A stretch of 64,000 bases of DNA from Patescibacteria group bacterium (GCA_038061735.1 JBBTYO010000011.1:693-64692); one strand, 5' to 3'. Shown: positions 41,564 to 50,239, counted from the stretch's first letter. Translations and numbers: made by a program. The notes: generated by a model not told the origin, from the sequence alone.

Positions 41564-41941
41564 TGTCATCCCCGTGAAGACGGGGATCCAGTCTATAATT
41601 ACCTTATATGTTTGATAAAACATATTGTGTTTATATTTTATCTTCTCAAAAGAACGGCACTCTCTATGTTGGAGTAACAAATAATTTAGTAAAGCGAGTC
41701 TGGGAACATAAAAATAAAAAAGTAGATGGGTTTACTAAAAAATATGAAATTCATCATCTAGTTTACTTTGAACAACATAATAATCCAGAATCAGCAATTG
41801 TCAGGGAAAAACAAATAAAGAAGTGGGAACGTCTATGGAAAATTAGACTTATTGAAGAAAAGAATCCTGAATGGAGAGACTTATACCAAGACATTTTATA
41901 AGGAATATTTAGCTTGGATTCCCGCCTACGCGGGAATGACA
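41564..41941 (+). mobile_element. Putative autonomous REP-flanked GIY-YIG element
   Basis: Left arm TGTCATCCCCGTGAAGACGGGGATCCA (41564-41590) and inverted right arm TGGATTCCCGCCTACGCGGGAATGACA (41915-41941) tightly enclose one nuclease gene; mobility is inferred. Confidence 0.7.
41608..41901 (+). CDS. Small GIY-YIG nuclease (UPF0213/YhbQ-like)
   Basis: YCVYIL...LYVGVTNNLVKRVWEHK...LVYFE...AIVREKQIKKW; Tyr, Arg, His and Glu active-site residues present. Confidence 0.93.
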   Translation: MFDKTYCVYILSSQKNGTLYVGVTNNLVKRVWEHKNKKVDGFTKKYEIHHLVYFEQHNNPESAIVREKQIKKWERLWKIRLIEEKNPEWRDLYQDIL

Positions 41942-41994
41942 ATGTGTGTATTCCGCCGGAGTGAGATAGAGAATATAATATTAATGCGACCTTA

Positions 41995-44145
41995 TTATAG
42001 ATGAATTGTTTCCCCTGGTTTGGTTTTACCTTCAAAAATAAGTTTTGCAATTTTGTCTTCGATTTCATCTCTAATCGTTCTCTCAAGGTTTCTGGCGCCA
42101 AATTTCGGATCAAACCCTTTTTTAGAAACTAAATCAATTGTTTTTTCAGAAACAAAGACTTTTACTTTATATATTTTGAAAATATCCAATGATATTTTGG
42201 CAATAATTTTTTTTGCCAAAATATTGATTGATTCTTGATTTAAGGATTCAAATGCTATTATGCCATCAAAACGGTTAAGAAATTCAGGTGAAAAAACATT
42301 CTCATTTTGAGCGTTTGAGGTTGCTATAATCACTAAATTTTTGCAGTCAACTTTTTTTCCTAATCCGTCGATAAAATAACCTTCGTCCGTGATTGTTAAA
42401 AAAATATTTATCAAGTCACGATCGGCTTTTTCAATTTCGTCTAGTAGTAGTACGCCGTAACTTTGTTTTCGAATAGCACTGGTAAGAAGACCTGGGTCAT
42501 TACTATCACCTATTAGTTTTGGAATATCATATTTTGATTGAAATTCAGACATATCAAAACGGAGAAGGAGATCAGAAAAAAATGTTTCTGAAATCGCCTT
42601 AGCAGTTTCAGTTTTTCCTACCCCAGTTGGGCCCAAAAATAAAAATGATGCTAATGGTTTCTTCCTTTTTCCAATAAGCAAGAATGAACGTCTTAATGCC
42701 GAAGATAATTTTTTTACTGCTTCATCTTGTTGAATAATTTTGGAAAATAATAATGTTTCCAGATTCAAAAGCTTTTCTTTTATTTGCTTACTTATTGTGG
42801 TTGGAATATGAGTTTTTTCTGTAAGAACATAATTAATTATTTTGGGCGTTATCGTAGGGACAGGTCTAGACCTGTCCGTACCACGATTTTGATTAGAGTA
42901 AACACAAGCCGAATCTAAAAGATCAACGGCTTTTTCCGGAAAAGGTATAGAAGTTAGATAAAATTCACTTTTTTCAACCACTTCCTTGATGGTTTCATAA
43001 GGAATATAAACATCATAAAGGAGTTCAAAAGAATAAACTGCATCGAGTAAAATATTTTCAGCTTCTATTTTTGAAATTTCATAAACGTCAACTTTGTTAA
43101 AAATGTGATTTATTTTTTCATTTGTATAGATAAAATTTTGAAAAGCAAAAGGAGTAGTTACTCCAATTATTTGAATTAATTTACTATTAGCATATTTCTC
43201 AATAGAGGGAGTAAGATCAATATATCTATCGATATTGTCAATAAAAAGAATAATATTTTTTGCCTGTTCCGCCTCCTTTAACAAATCTTCGAAAAAATTT
43301 TCTCTTTGTTTTTGATCAACAAATTCATTAAGAATTTTTTCCATATTCATTTTTAAAATTCTCCGATACATAAGAGTAGAGTTCGTTTTACCTAGATAAA
43401 TTTTTTTCGCTAGAGCATCAATTATTGTGTGCTTGCCAACCCCCTCTTCGCCTACAACAATGACATTGCTTTCGACAGACTTAGTTAAAATTTGTTCAAT
43501 TTCCGTAATTTCTTTTTCACGATTGACGATGTTTTTAATATGATGCAGATAAGAAGGAGTAGCCAAATCAACAGCATATTGATCAAGAATTGGACTATAA
43601 CCAACTGCCCAATCACGGGCTAAAGGAGGATAAGAAAACAAATTTTGCAATTTCCACCATGTTATTTTTCTAATGTGTTGCCTATAATATTCTTCAAACC
43701 ATTTTTCAACCTGAGCCAGGTTCTCGTTATTTATCAAATGATTTTTAATAAACTTTTTTTTGAAAATATCTTTTTCTTCTTGAACTGTTTTTTGGGTTAG
43801 GGAAAATAAATAAAAAATCGAAGTAAAAAGAAAAAAAGATAACGCAATAAAAGGCAAAACAATCATTGACATTGTCTGCAGAATAAAATAAAAAGTAATG
43901 ATAGAAAGTCTCATAATTGCACCGATGGAGCGGGAAATAATATTAAAGGCAAAGCGATTGGCCCAATCAGAAAATGAAAAACCTACAAAAGTTTTTTTGA
44001 TTACAAGATTTTTCCAAGGATGAAATAAAGTTTTTAATAATGTAGAAATCGAAAAAAAATAAGGAAAAAAAACGAAGATATTTATAACGGCTTCACCAAA
44101 ATTATGGAGAGTTTCCCAATAATATTGCCAAAAACTTTTTCTCAT
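41995..44145 (-). CDS. Membrane-anchored Clp-like AAA+ ATPase
   Basis: Hydrophobic N-terminus; NBD1 GEEGVGK/ILFIDN; NBD2 GPTGVGKT, RFDMSEF, LLDEIEKA, PEFLNRFD, FGARNL. Confidence 0.88.
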   Translation of the reverse strand: MRKSFWQYYWETLHNFGEAVINIFVFFPYFFSISTLLKTLFHPWKNLVIKKTFVGFSFSDWANRFAFNIISRSIGAIMRLSIITFYFILQTMSMIVLPFIALSFFLFTSIFYLFSLTQKTVQEEKDIFKKKFIKNHLINNENLAQVEKWFEEYYRQHIRKITWWKLQNLFSYPPLARDWAVGYSPILDQYAVDLATPSYLHHIKNIVNREKEITEIEQILTKSVESNVIVVGEEGVGKHTIIDALAKKIYLGKTNSTLMYRRILKMNMEKILNEFVDQKQRENFFEDLLKEAEQAKNIILFIDNIDRYIDLTPSIEKYANSKLIQIIGVTTPFAFQNFIYTNEKINHIFNKVDVYEISKIEAENILLDAVYSFELLYDVYIPYETIKEVVEKSEFYLTSIPFPEKAVDLLDSACVYSNQNRGTDRSRPVPTITPKIINYVLTEKTHIPTTISKQIKEKLLNLETLLFSKIIQQDEAVKKLSSALRRSFLLIGKRKKPLASFLFLGPTGVGKTETAKAISETFFSDLLLRFDMSEFQSKYDIPKLIGDSNDPGLLTSAIRKQSYGVLLLDEIEKADRDLINIFLTITDEGYFIDGLGKKVDCKNLVIIATSNAQNENVFSPEFLNRFDGIIAFESLNQESINILAKKIIAKISLDIFKIYKVKVFVSEKTIDLVSKKGFDPKFGARNLERTIRDEIEDKIAKLIFEGKTKPGETIHL
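42854..42881 (+). repeat. GTAG-type REP in frame in the Clp-like gene
   Basis: GTAGGGACAGGTCTAGACCTGTCCGTAC. Confidence 0.85.
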
Positions 44146-44331
44146 ATTTTCAGTATAGCATAGAGAGGAATATTAATTATTGACCCCAGTAGAACATTTA
44201 CTTGCTCCCGAGGTCTACGTCCTCGCGTCGCAAGGGCATGTCTACGGGGTCTGCGGTCAAAACTTTATTATGATTAAGTTTTGCCCTTGACAAATCATAA
44301 AAATAATTGATAATTTTGATAATCAAGAACC

Positions 44332-45753
44332 ATGAAAAAAATGAAAAGACGAGCGAGTAAAAAACCTCCCTCAAGAAAAAAAGAATTAATTATTTACATT
44401 TACAATGTTGTTGAAGACGAATGGTCATTTTTATCATCGATCCAACCAATTGAAAAAAGATATTCATTGATAAATGATTGTAATCAATCGTCAGAATGCT
44501 ATCTTTTTTCAAATGCCGGTGAAAGTGAATTCATCTACATTTCTCCTATTGAAATTTCAAATATTTTCAAAAATTATTTTCAATCAATTACCAATAATAA
44601 AAAAGTCGATATATATGTTCCTCAGATGAAAACATCATTAATTTGTAAAGACTTTTATACTGATAAACAGTTATTTGGCGAAATTATAACAAAAGCAAAA
44701 AAGTATCATAAAGTCACTTTGATTAGTTATGCTACTTCTCCGGAGTTTTTAGAATTAAAGGAAAGAATGATTCAACTCGGAATAAACGTGGTTACTCCGG
44801 AGGCCCCAGAACTCGAAAATGCCTGGACGGTAAATTTTTTTGGAAGTAAATCAGGAATAAGACAATTAGCTCAACAAAGCCGGGCTGCCGAACCTGATTT
44901 TATTATGCCAGATGGCGTTATTTGCGTCGGAAAATTAGACGCTGCCAAGATTGCCGCTAATCGATACATCAAAGAAAAAGGTGTTGTCTTAAAAACAAAT
45001 AAGGGTAGCGGTGGTCAAGGAGTTTTAATATTTCGTGATGGCGAATTACCAAAAGATTATAAATCTTGTGAAAAAAGGATTTATGAACTATTAAGCGAAG
45101 ATGGTTATTGGGAAAGATTTCCAATAATAATAGAAGAATTGATCAATGTTAATTATTCTGCTCCAGGTGCTTTTCCAAATATTGAGTTTAAAATACATAA
45201 GAGCGGAAAAATTGAGATGCTTTACTACTGTGTGATGATGGTAACAAAAGAAGGTAAATATTATGGATTAGATATTCATGAAGATGTAATTAATGAAAGG
45301 ACGGCTGCCAGAATTATTGACACTGGATATTATATAGCGGAACAATATTCAGAAGCAGGTTACCGTGGACACTTTGATATAGATATGATTGCCTCGAATA
45401 ATAAACATATTTATGTTGATGAATCAAATACTAGAAACACTGGTGGTACAGATATTTATAAGTTGGTCTATGATTTATATGGGGAAGATTTCATGTCAGA
45501 TGTTTACGTTTTAAATCGTAATAACTATAAATTTAATAATCAAGAAACGGTCAGTTTTAGAAAAATAATTGACACTCTCAAACCAATTCTTTACGATAAG
45601 AAGAGGAAAGAAGGCGTGATTCTATCTTCTTCTGCTTCCCTACAATCTAATCAGCTCTTATATACTGTTTTAGGAAAAAATAAAAAAAAAGCATACGAAC
45701 TTCAAGAAAATTTTTACGAATTATTAAAGACCTTCGGTCAGCCGAAATTTTAA
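44332..45753 (+). CDS. ATP-grasp domain protein
   Basis: VLKTNKGSGGQGV, IIEE, GHFDID, ESNTRNTG. Confidence 0.8.
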   Translation: MKKMKRRASKKPPSRKKELIIYIYNVVEDEWSFLSSIQPIEKRYSLINDCNQSSECYLFSNAGESEFIYISPIEISNIFKNYFQSITNNKKVDIYVPQMKTSLICKDFYTDKQLFGEIITKAKKYHKVTLISYATSPEFLELKERMIQLGINVVTPEAPELENAWTVNFFGSKSGIRQLAQQSRAAEPDFIMPDGVICVGKLDAAKIAANRYIKEKGVVLKTNKGSGGQGVLIFRDGELPKDYKSCEKRIYELLSEDGYWERFPIIIEELINVNYSAPGAFPNIEFKIHKSGKIEMLYYCVMMVTKEGKYYGLDIHEDVINERTAARIIDTGYYIAEQYSEAGYRGHFDIDMIASNNKHIYVDESNTRNTGGTDIYKLVYDLYGEDFMSDVYVLNRNNYKFNNQETVSFRKIIDTLKPILYDKKRKEGVILSSSASLQSNQLLYTVLGKNKKKAYELQENFYELLKTFGQPKF

Positions 45754-45761
45754 TTATAAAT

Positions 45762-46775
45762 ATGAATATTGCATTTTTATATAACGTTCGTCATGTCTAT
45801 CCCGACCCAAAAAAACCCAAGACCTTAAGAGAGGCTGATTTTGATGATCCTGAAACAACTAAATTGCAAATAAAATATCTAAGGAAACTTGGATATAAAA
45901 TATTTCCAATTGAAGCAGATGAGAAAGCTTACTTTAAACTTTTTCGATTAAAAAATAAAATAGACCTTGTTTTTAATGTTTCTGAAGGTTTGCACGGAAA
46001 TGATCGGGAAGCGCAAATTCCGGCGATGTTGGAAATGTTACAAATTCCCTATACCGGTTCTCCACCCTTGGCACAGGCAATAGTTTTGAATAAATCAAAG
46101 ACAAAAGAAATTCTTATTGCTAATAAAATTCCAACTCTGCAATATCAATTATTAAGTAGTGAAAAGGATAAGTTAAGAAAAACTTTTAATTATCCCCTTA
46201 TGGTCAAGCCAGTTTCAGAAGGATCGTCAGCAGGTATAACTAATAAAAGTGTTGTTAACAATGAGGTGGCGTTATACAAACAGGTTGATTTTATTGTCAA
46301 TACTTTTAACGAAGAAGCTTTGGTCGAGCCTTATCTTGAAGGAAGAGAATTTTCGATCGCCATGCTTGGCAATCCTCCGGAAATCTTACCAATACTTGAA
46401 TCAGACCATTCAATGTTGCCAAAAAAATATATGCCTTTTGATTCACTTGAGGTAAAATGGTTTTATGAATTGGCAACAAGTGGAAAGCATTTGAAGTGTC
46501 CGGCAAAAATTCCGGCTGAGTTAGAAAAAAAAATCAATAAAATTTGTTTAAAATTATGGGATGCGCTTGGAATAAAAGATTGGTGTCGAATAGATATTCG
46601 CTGTGATACTAAAAATAATCCATATGTTCTCGAGGTCAACTCTCCTCCAGGCTGTACGCCGCCCGAACATGATCCGGCGTCATATTTCCCATTGATAGCG
46701 CGATCGATAGGAATTGATTTTGAAAATTTGTTAAAGAAGATTATAGAAACTGCTTTGAAGAGATATAAAAAATAA
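45762..46775 (+). CDS. D-Ala-D-Ala ligase-like ATP-grasp enzyme
   Basis: VFNVSEG, IPYTGS, VKPVSEGSSAGI, RIDIR, LEVNSPPG; N-terminus is not that of canonical Ddl. Confidence 0.85.
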   Translation: MNIAFLYNVRHVYPDPKKPKTLREADFDDPETTKLQIKYLRKLGYKIFPIEADEKAYFKLFRLKNKIDLVFNVSEGLHGNDREAQIPAMLEMLQIPYTGSPPLAQAIVLNKSKTKEILIANKIPTLQYQLLSSEKDKLRKTFNYPLMVKPVSEGSSAGITNKSVVNNEVALYKQVDFIVNTFNEEALVEPYLEGREFSIAMLGNPPEILPILESDHSMLPKKYMPFDSLEVKWFYELATSGKHLKCPAKIPAELEKKINKICLKLWDALGIKDWCRIDIRCDTKNNPYVLEVNSPPGCTPPEHDPASYFPLIARSIGIDFENLLKKIIETALKRYKK

Positions 46776-46782
46776 AACTGTT

Positions 46783-46871
46783 TGTCATCCCCTCGTAGGA
46801 GGGGATCCAGTCTACAATTACATTTTTGAATGGTGATTTTAGTCTGGATTCCCGCCTTCGCGGGAATGACA
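46783..46871. repeat. REP-like inverted doublet (empty element)
   Basis: TGTCATCCCCTCGTAGGAGGGGATCCA (46783-46809) and TGGATTCCCGCCTTCGCGGGAATGACA (46845-46871). Confidence 0.95.
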
Positions 46872-46966
46872 TTTGATATCTCGTAGTTTCTGTTGAAGGG
46901 TAGTTTACTATTTGGTATATTGGGATTAATAGTTTCACTATTATTAACCGAAAGGAGTAAATCACT

Positions 46967-47083
46967 GTGAATAATCCTCAAAATTTCATGACAAATGTTA
47001 ACATCGCATACATACTTTTTATTATTGCCGTTATACTTCTTGTAGGCTTAGTTACTCTGTTTAACAAAAAAGCCCGAAGATAG
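46967..47083 (+). CDS. Small single-pass membrane peptide (38 aa), not in ORF track
   Basis: AGGAG then GTG: MNNPQNFMTNVNIAYILFIIAVILLVGLVTLFNKKARR*. Confidence 0.6.
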   Translation: MNNPQNFMTNVNIAYILFIIAVILLVGLVTLFNKKARR

Positions 47084-47138
47084 TGATCAATCAATTGTAC
47101 ATTTAAATTGAAAGAGATATAATGTTGACATTGTAAAT

Positions 47139-47458
47139 ATGGGAGAAATACCAAGTAAACCTGAACGAATACTGCTACCGGAAAATTTTAGATTCTTTAA
47201 CATTGGCGAGAGGTCAAGTTTAGCCCATACAGGTGATGTGTTATTTACCAAATTACCCCCCCACAGTTACTTCCAATAAGTTTTTTCATAGTTCTTAATA
47301 ATCCCACAGACGATAATCCACTTCTATACCAAGATACTATTTTTGGAGCAAGATCTGGAATTAAAGCAAATTTATTTGAAGGTGGAGTAGCGGTCTATCC
47401 TTTTGAAAATCTTCCATCGGCAGTACAAAAAAATATTGCCAAATATGCATTTGAGTAG
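47139..47458 (+). pseudogene. Frameshifted hypothetical gene (C7 tract)
   Basis: ATG frame stops after 46 codons; one more C at 47256-47262 gives a continuous 106-aa ORF ending at TAG 47458. Confidence 0.5.
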
Positions 47459-47478
47459 TCTTAAAATTTCTTACGTTG

Positions 47479-47551
47479 TGGACGCTGAGGGGCTCGAACC
47501 CCCGACCTACGCGATGTAAACGCGGCGCTCTACCAACTGAGCTAAGCGTCC
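47479..47551 (-). tRNA. tRNA-Val (TAC)
   Basis: GGACGCTTAGCTCAGTTGGTAGAGCG...TT-TAC-AT...GGGGGTTCGAGCCCCTCAGCGTCCA. Confidence 0.95.
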
Positions 47552-47564
47552 TGAGGCTCTAAAG

Positions 47565-47636
47565 TGGGTGCGGATGGAATCGAACCATCGCTCTGTTCTT
47601 TATCAGAGAACTGTTTTACCATTAAACTACGTACCC
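47565..47636 (-). tRNA. tRNA-Ile (GAT)
   Basis: GGGTACGTAGTTTAATGGTAAAACA-GTTCT-CT-GAT-AA-AGAAC...GATGGTTCGATTCCATCCGCACCCA; one A-C mismatch in the acceptor stem. Confidence 0.9.
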
Positions 47637-47657
47637 TTCGACAAGCTCAGGGTGAAC
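47634..47657. repeat. CCCTTCGACAAGCTCAGGGTGAAC repeat-like unit overlapping the tRNA-Ile 5' end
   Basis: Matches a widespread short palindromic motif recognised from memory; single copy here. Confidence 0.6.
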
Positions 47658-47671
47658 CCTAAAACTCAAAA

Positions 47672-47680
47672 ATTATAGCA
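47672..47680 (-). promoter_or_regulatory. Extended -10 promoter for the tRNA-Ile/Val pair
   Basis: TGCTATAAT on the minus strand, 35 nt before tRNA-Ile. Confidence 0.6.
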
Positions 47681-47731
47681 TATTGTTCCAAAGTTTTATA
47701 TATAATAAAGTCAGGAAAGGAAATTTTAGTC

Positions 47732-47758
47732 TGGATTCCCGCCTACGCGGGAATGACA
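47732..47758 (-). repeat. REP-like singlet (right arm with ATTTTAGTC flank)
   Basis: TGGATTCCCGCCTACGCGGGAATGACA. Confidence 0.95.
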
Positions 47759-47789
47759 ACGAAATAGATTTAATAATTAATTTTGGTTT

Positions 47790-49004
47790 ATGTTATATTT
47801 TTCTGAAATTGTTGGAAAAAAGGTTTATACGGAAGATAATATTCATGTTGGTTATTTGGAAGATCTAATATTTTTGGTTGCGGAAAATCCAATTGTAACC
47901 AAAATTGTGATAAGAGATAAATCTAATCAACGATTAATTATTTCCACTGATTACCTTCAAAAAATCAATAAACATTTGACTATTGAGAAGGAATTTTTGG
48001 TTACCTATCTTGAAGAAAATGAGCTATTTTTAGTAAAAAACTTACTTGATAAACAAATAATAGATTTAAAAGGCAATAAAATTGTTCGAGTTAACGATGT
48101 TGCACTGCAAGATAAAGAAAAATTATCAATTGCCGGCGTTGATGTGGGATTTTTAGGAGTGTTACGTCGTTTAAGAATTGGAGCTGATAACTTTTATAAA
48201 GTTGCTTCTTTTTTCAATTTCAAATTGGCTTCACAGTTTTTATCTTGGGCAGATATTCAGCCGCTTGAATTAATTCGAGGCAACGTCAAACTCCGAAAAA
48301 AAGAAGAAAAATTGGAAAAAATCAGACCGGAAGACTTAGCCGATTATTTGGAAAAAACAAATGTCATTAATGCCAGAAAATTTTTGAAGATTCTTGATAC
48401 AGAAAAAGCGGCCGAAGTAATCGGAAACCTAAATATTAATTATCAAACGGCTCTTTTCAAAAATTTTCACATAGATAAAGCGGCTAAGTTAATATCTTTT
48501 TTAGATCCTGATGAGGCAGTTGATGTCCTTCTTACTTTAACAAAAAAGAAAAGAGAGGAAGTATTGGAAAAACTAGGTCCAAAAATAAAAGATCAGATTA
48601 TTCACCTTCTTAATCTATCAAAAGAACCGATAGGTGCCTTATTAACTACAGAGTATTTGACCGTTGGTCCGGAAGATACGGTTCGCCAGGTAATTGATAA
48701 AATAAAAAAGGAAACGAAAGATTTTTCTTCATTGTATTGCATATATGTTGTCAATAAAGAAAATCAATTAACCGGTGTCGTAAGCTTGCAGGAAATTTTA
48801 AGAGAGGATCCAGATATGCCTTTATATAAGTTTATGACCCAAAATTTGATTGTTATACATCTGACAACACCGGTTGAAATCGCCATGAAGAAATTTTTAA
48901 AATATCATTTATCGTCTTTACCGGTTACTAATCAGGAAAAACGGCTTGAAGGAATTGTAAACTTTGATGATATTACAAATTATATCTTAGAAAGAATAAA
49001 ATGA
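47790..49004 (+). CDS. PRC-barrel / MgtE N-terminal / CBS domain protein (soluble)
   Basis: LLDKQIID, VRVND, PEDLAD, DEAVD, tandem CBS; no MgtE membrane domain. Confidence 0.85.
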   Translation: MLYFSEIVGKKVYTEDNIHVGYLEDLIFLVAENPIVTKIVIRDKSNQRLIISTDYLQKINKHLTIEKEFLVTYLEENELFLVKNLLDKQIIDLKGNKIVRVNDVALQDKEKLSIAGVDVGFLGVLRRLRIGADNFYKVASFFNFKLASQFLSWADIQPLELIRGNVKLRKKEEKLEKIRPEDLADYLEKTNVINARKFLKILDTEKAAEVIGNLNINYQTALFKNFHIDKAAKLISFLDPDEAVDVLLTLTKKKREEVLEKLGPKIKDQIIHLLNLSKEPIGALLTTEYLTVGPEDTVRQVIDKIKKETKDFSSLYCIYVVNKENQLTGVVSLQEILREDPDMPLYKFMTQNLIVIHLTTPVEIAMKKFLKYHLSSLPVTNQEKRLEGIVNFDDITNYILERIK

Positions 49005-49008
49005 TCCT

Positions 49009-49842
49009 ATGAAAAAATTAATTGTGGTGGCGGATCTTGCTTTTGATGCTCTCTCCCGTGCGGAAATAAAAATTGCCGTTGAAGGTTTCTTAAAAGACTC
49101 AAATGCTTCCAATATCAGCTTTGTTGGTTCAACTCCTTCAACAATTCATACAGGTTTTTTAGTGAATCAACTCATTGAAGATGTGGAAAGGTACGGGAGA
49201 CCAATGGAGACAGTAATTTTCCAGAATACCGATCCCCGTCTTCATTCAACGCAGAGTATTGAAAAAGCGTCGGGCGCAAAACCTGTCATTATTAAACTAA
49301 AATCGGGTATTTATTTACTCGGACCTAATTCCGGATACGATTTTTCGATGATTAAAAGTAGGATTGAAGAGCTTTATATTTATAAAGGGCTTAACGAAAA
49401 AGGTCAGTTTCATTCCCGTGATTTATTTTCAAGAATATCAGCTCACTTAATGGATTATCTCGAAGATGAACTGGAGTTAGAAGAAATAAGCACTAACATT
49501 ATTCCCGAACTTGATGAATTTTATATCGGTCATATAGATAATTTTGGCAATATTAAAACTACGATCGTTGAGGAAGACTTTAAAGGTAAATATGAGTACG
49601 GCGAAATTGTTGGTTTAAAAATAAACCAAATTGTAAAAAAAGCCAAATACGTTCCAAATCTATTTGGAGGGATACCCGGAGAATTAGTCGTTTATCCCGG
49701 TTCTTCTGGAAAAAAAGATAACCGATTCTTGGAAATCAGTATCTGGAGACACTTTACCGAAAGCAAACCAACCACCGGTGTTGACGAATTCAACTTTCCA
49801 AAGGTGGGAAGTGTGATTGAGTTGATAAAAAATAAGAAATAA
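49009..49842 (+). CDS. SAM hydroxide adenosyltransferase/halogenase family (DUF62-like)
   Basis: NTDP, GPNSG, QFHSRDLF, HIDNFGNIKT, GSSG...LEIS. Confidence 0.8.
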   Translation: MKKLIVVADLAFDALSRAEIKIAVEGFLKDSNASNISFVGSTPSTIHTGFLVNQLIEDVERYGRPMETVIFQNTDPRLHSTQSIEKASGAKPVIIKLKSGIYLLGPNSGYDFSMIKSRIEELYIYKGLNEKGQFHSRDLFSRISAHLMDYLEDELELEEISTNIIPELDEFYIGHIDNFGNIKTTIVEEDFKGKYEYGEIVGLKINQIVKKAKYVPNLFGGIPGELVVYPGSSGKKDNRFLEISIWRHFTESKPTTGVDEFNFPKVGSVIELIKNKK

Positions 49843-49845
49843 ATC

Positions 49846-50214
49846 CTATAGCTTTTCCACTGATCCTCCTGAAGATTCTTCTTCATACTTTCTAAGTACG
49901 ATATCAATTTCAGAATCTAAGTTCCTGATACCTACTTCATATGCTTGTGTCGAAACAGTAATATCTCCAATATGTCTATTTCCTTCAGTCATTGTAAATT
50001 CGCTATGTTCTAACTTATTACTCTTGTTCCTTTCATGGTGAGCTTGACATAATTCAAGGAGACCCCCAGTCATTAAAGCCACATCCCCTCTCCAATGATA
50101 ACTTTGTAGATTAATTGAAATGTTACCTGCTTTAGTTACAGCCCCACAATCATGGCACTTACCGATAACTCCTTCAATAGTAATTTGCGGCGGTGGAGTA
50201 TATGATAAACCCAT
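49846..50214 (-). CDS. Hypothetical protein with CxxC
   Basis: 122 aa, CHDC...CQAHH; follows atpC. Confidence 0.65.
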   Translation of the reverse strand: MGLSYTPPPQITIEGVIGKCHDCGAVTKAGNISINLQSYHWRGDVALMTGGLLELCQAHHERNKSNKLEHSEFTMTEGNRHIGDITVSTQAYEVGIRNLDSEIDIVLRKYEEESSGGSVEKL

Positions 50215-50239
50215 ATTTTTTAACTTCGTTACAACTTCT

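Noticed and set aside
41763-42113. 116-aa minus-strand ORF
   Set aside because: Antisense to the GIY-YIG gene, out of frame in the Clp gene, and includes repeat-derived peptide.
46463-46981. 172-aa and 74-aa minus-strand ORFs
   Set aside because: Antisense to the Ddl-like gene and composed largely of repeat translation.
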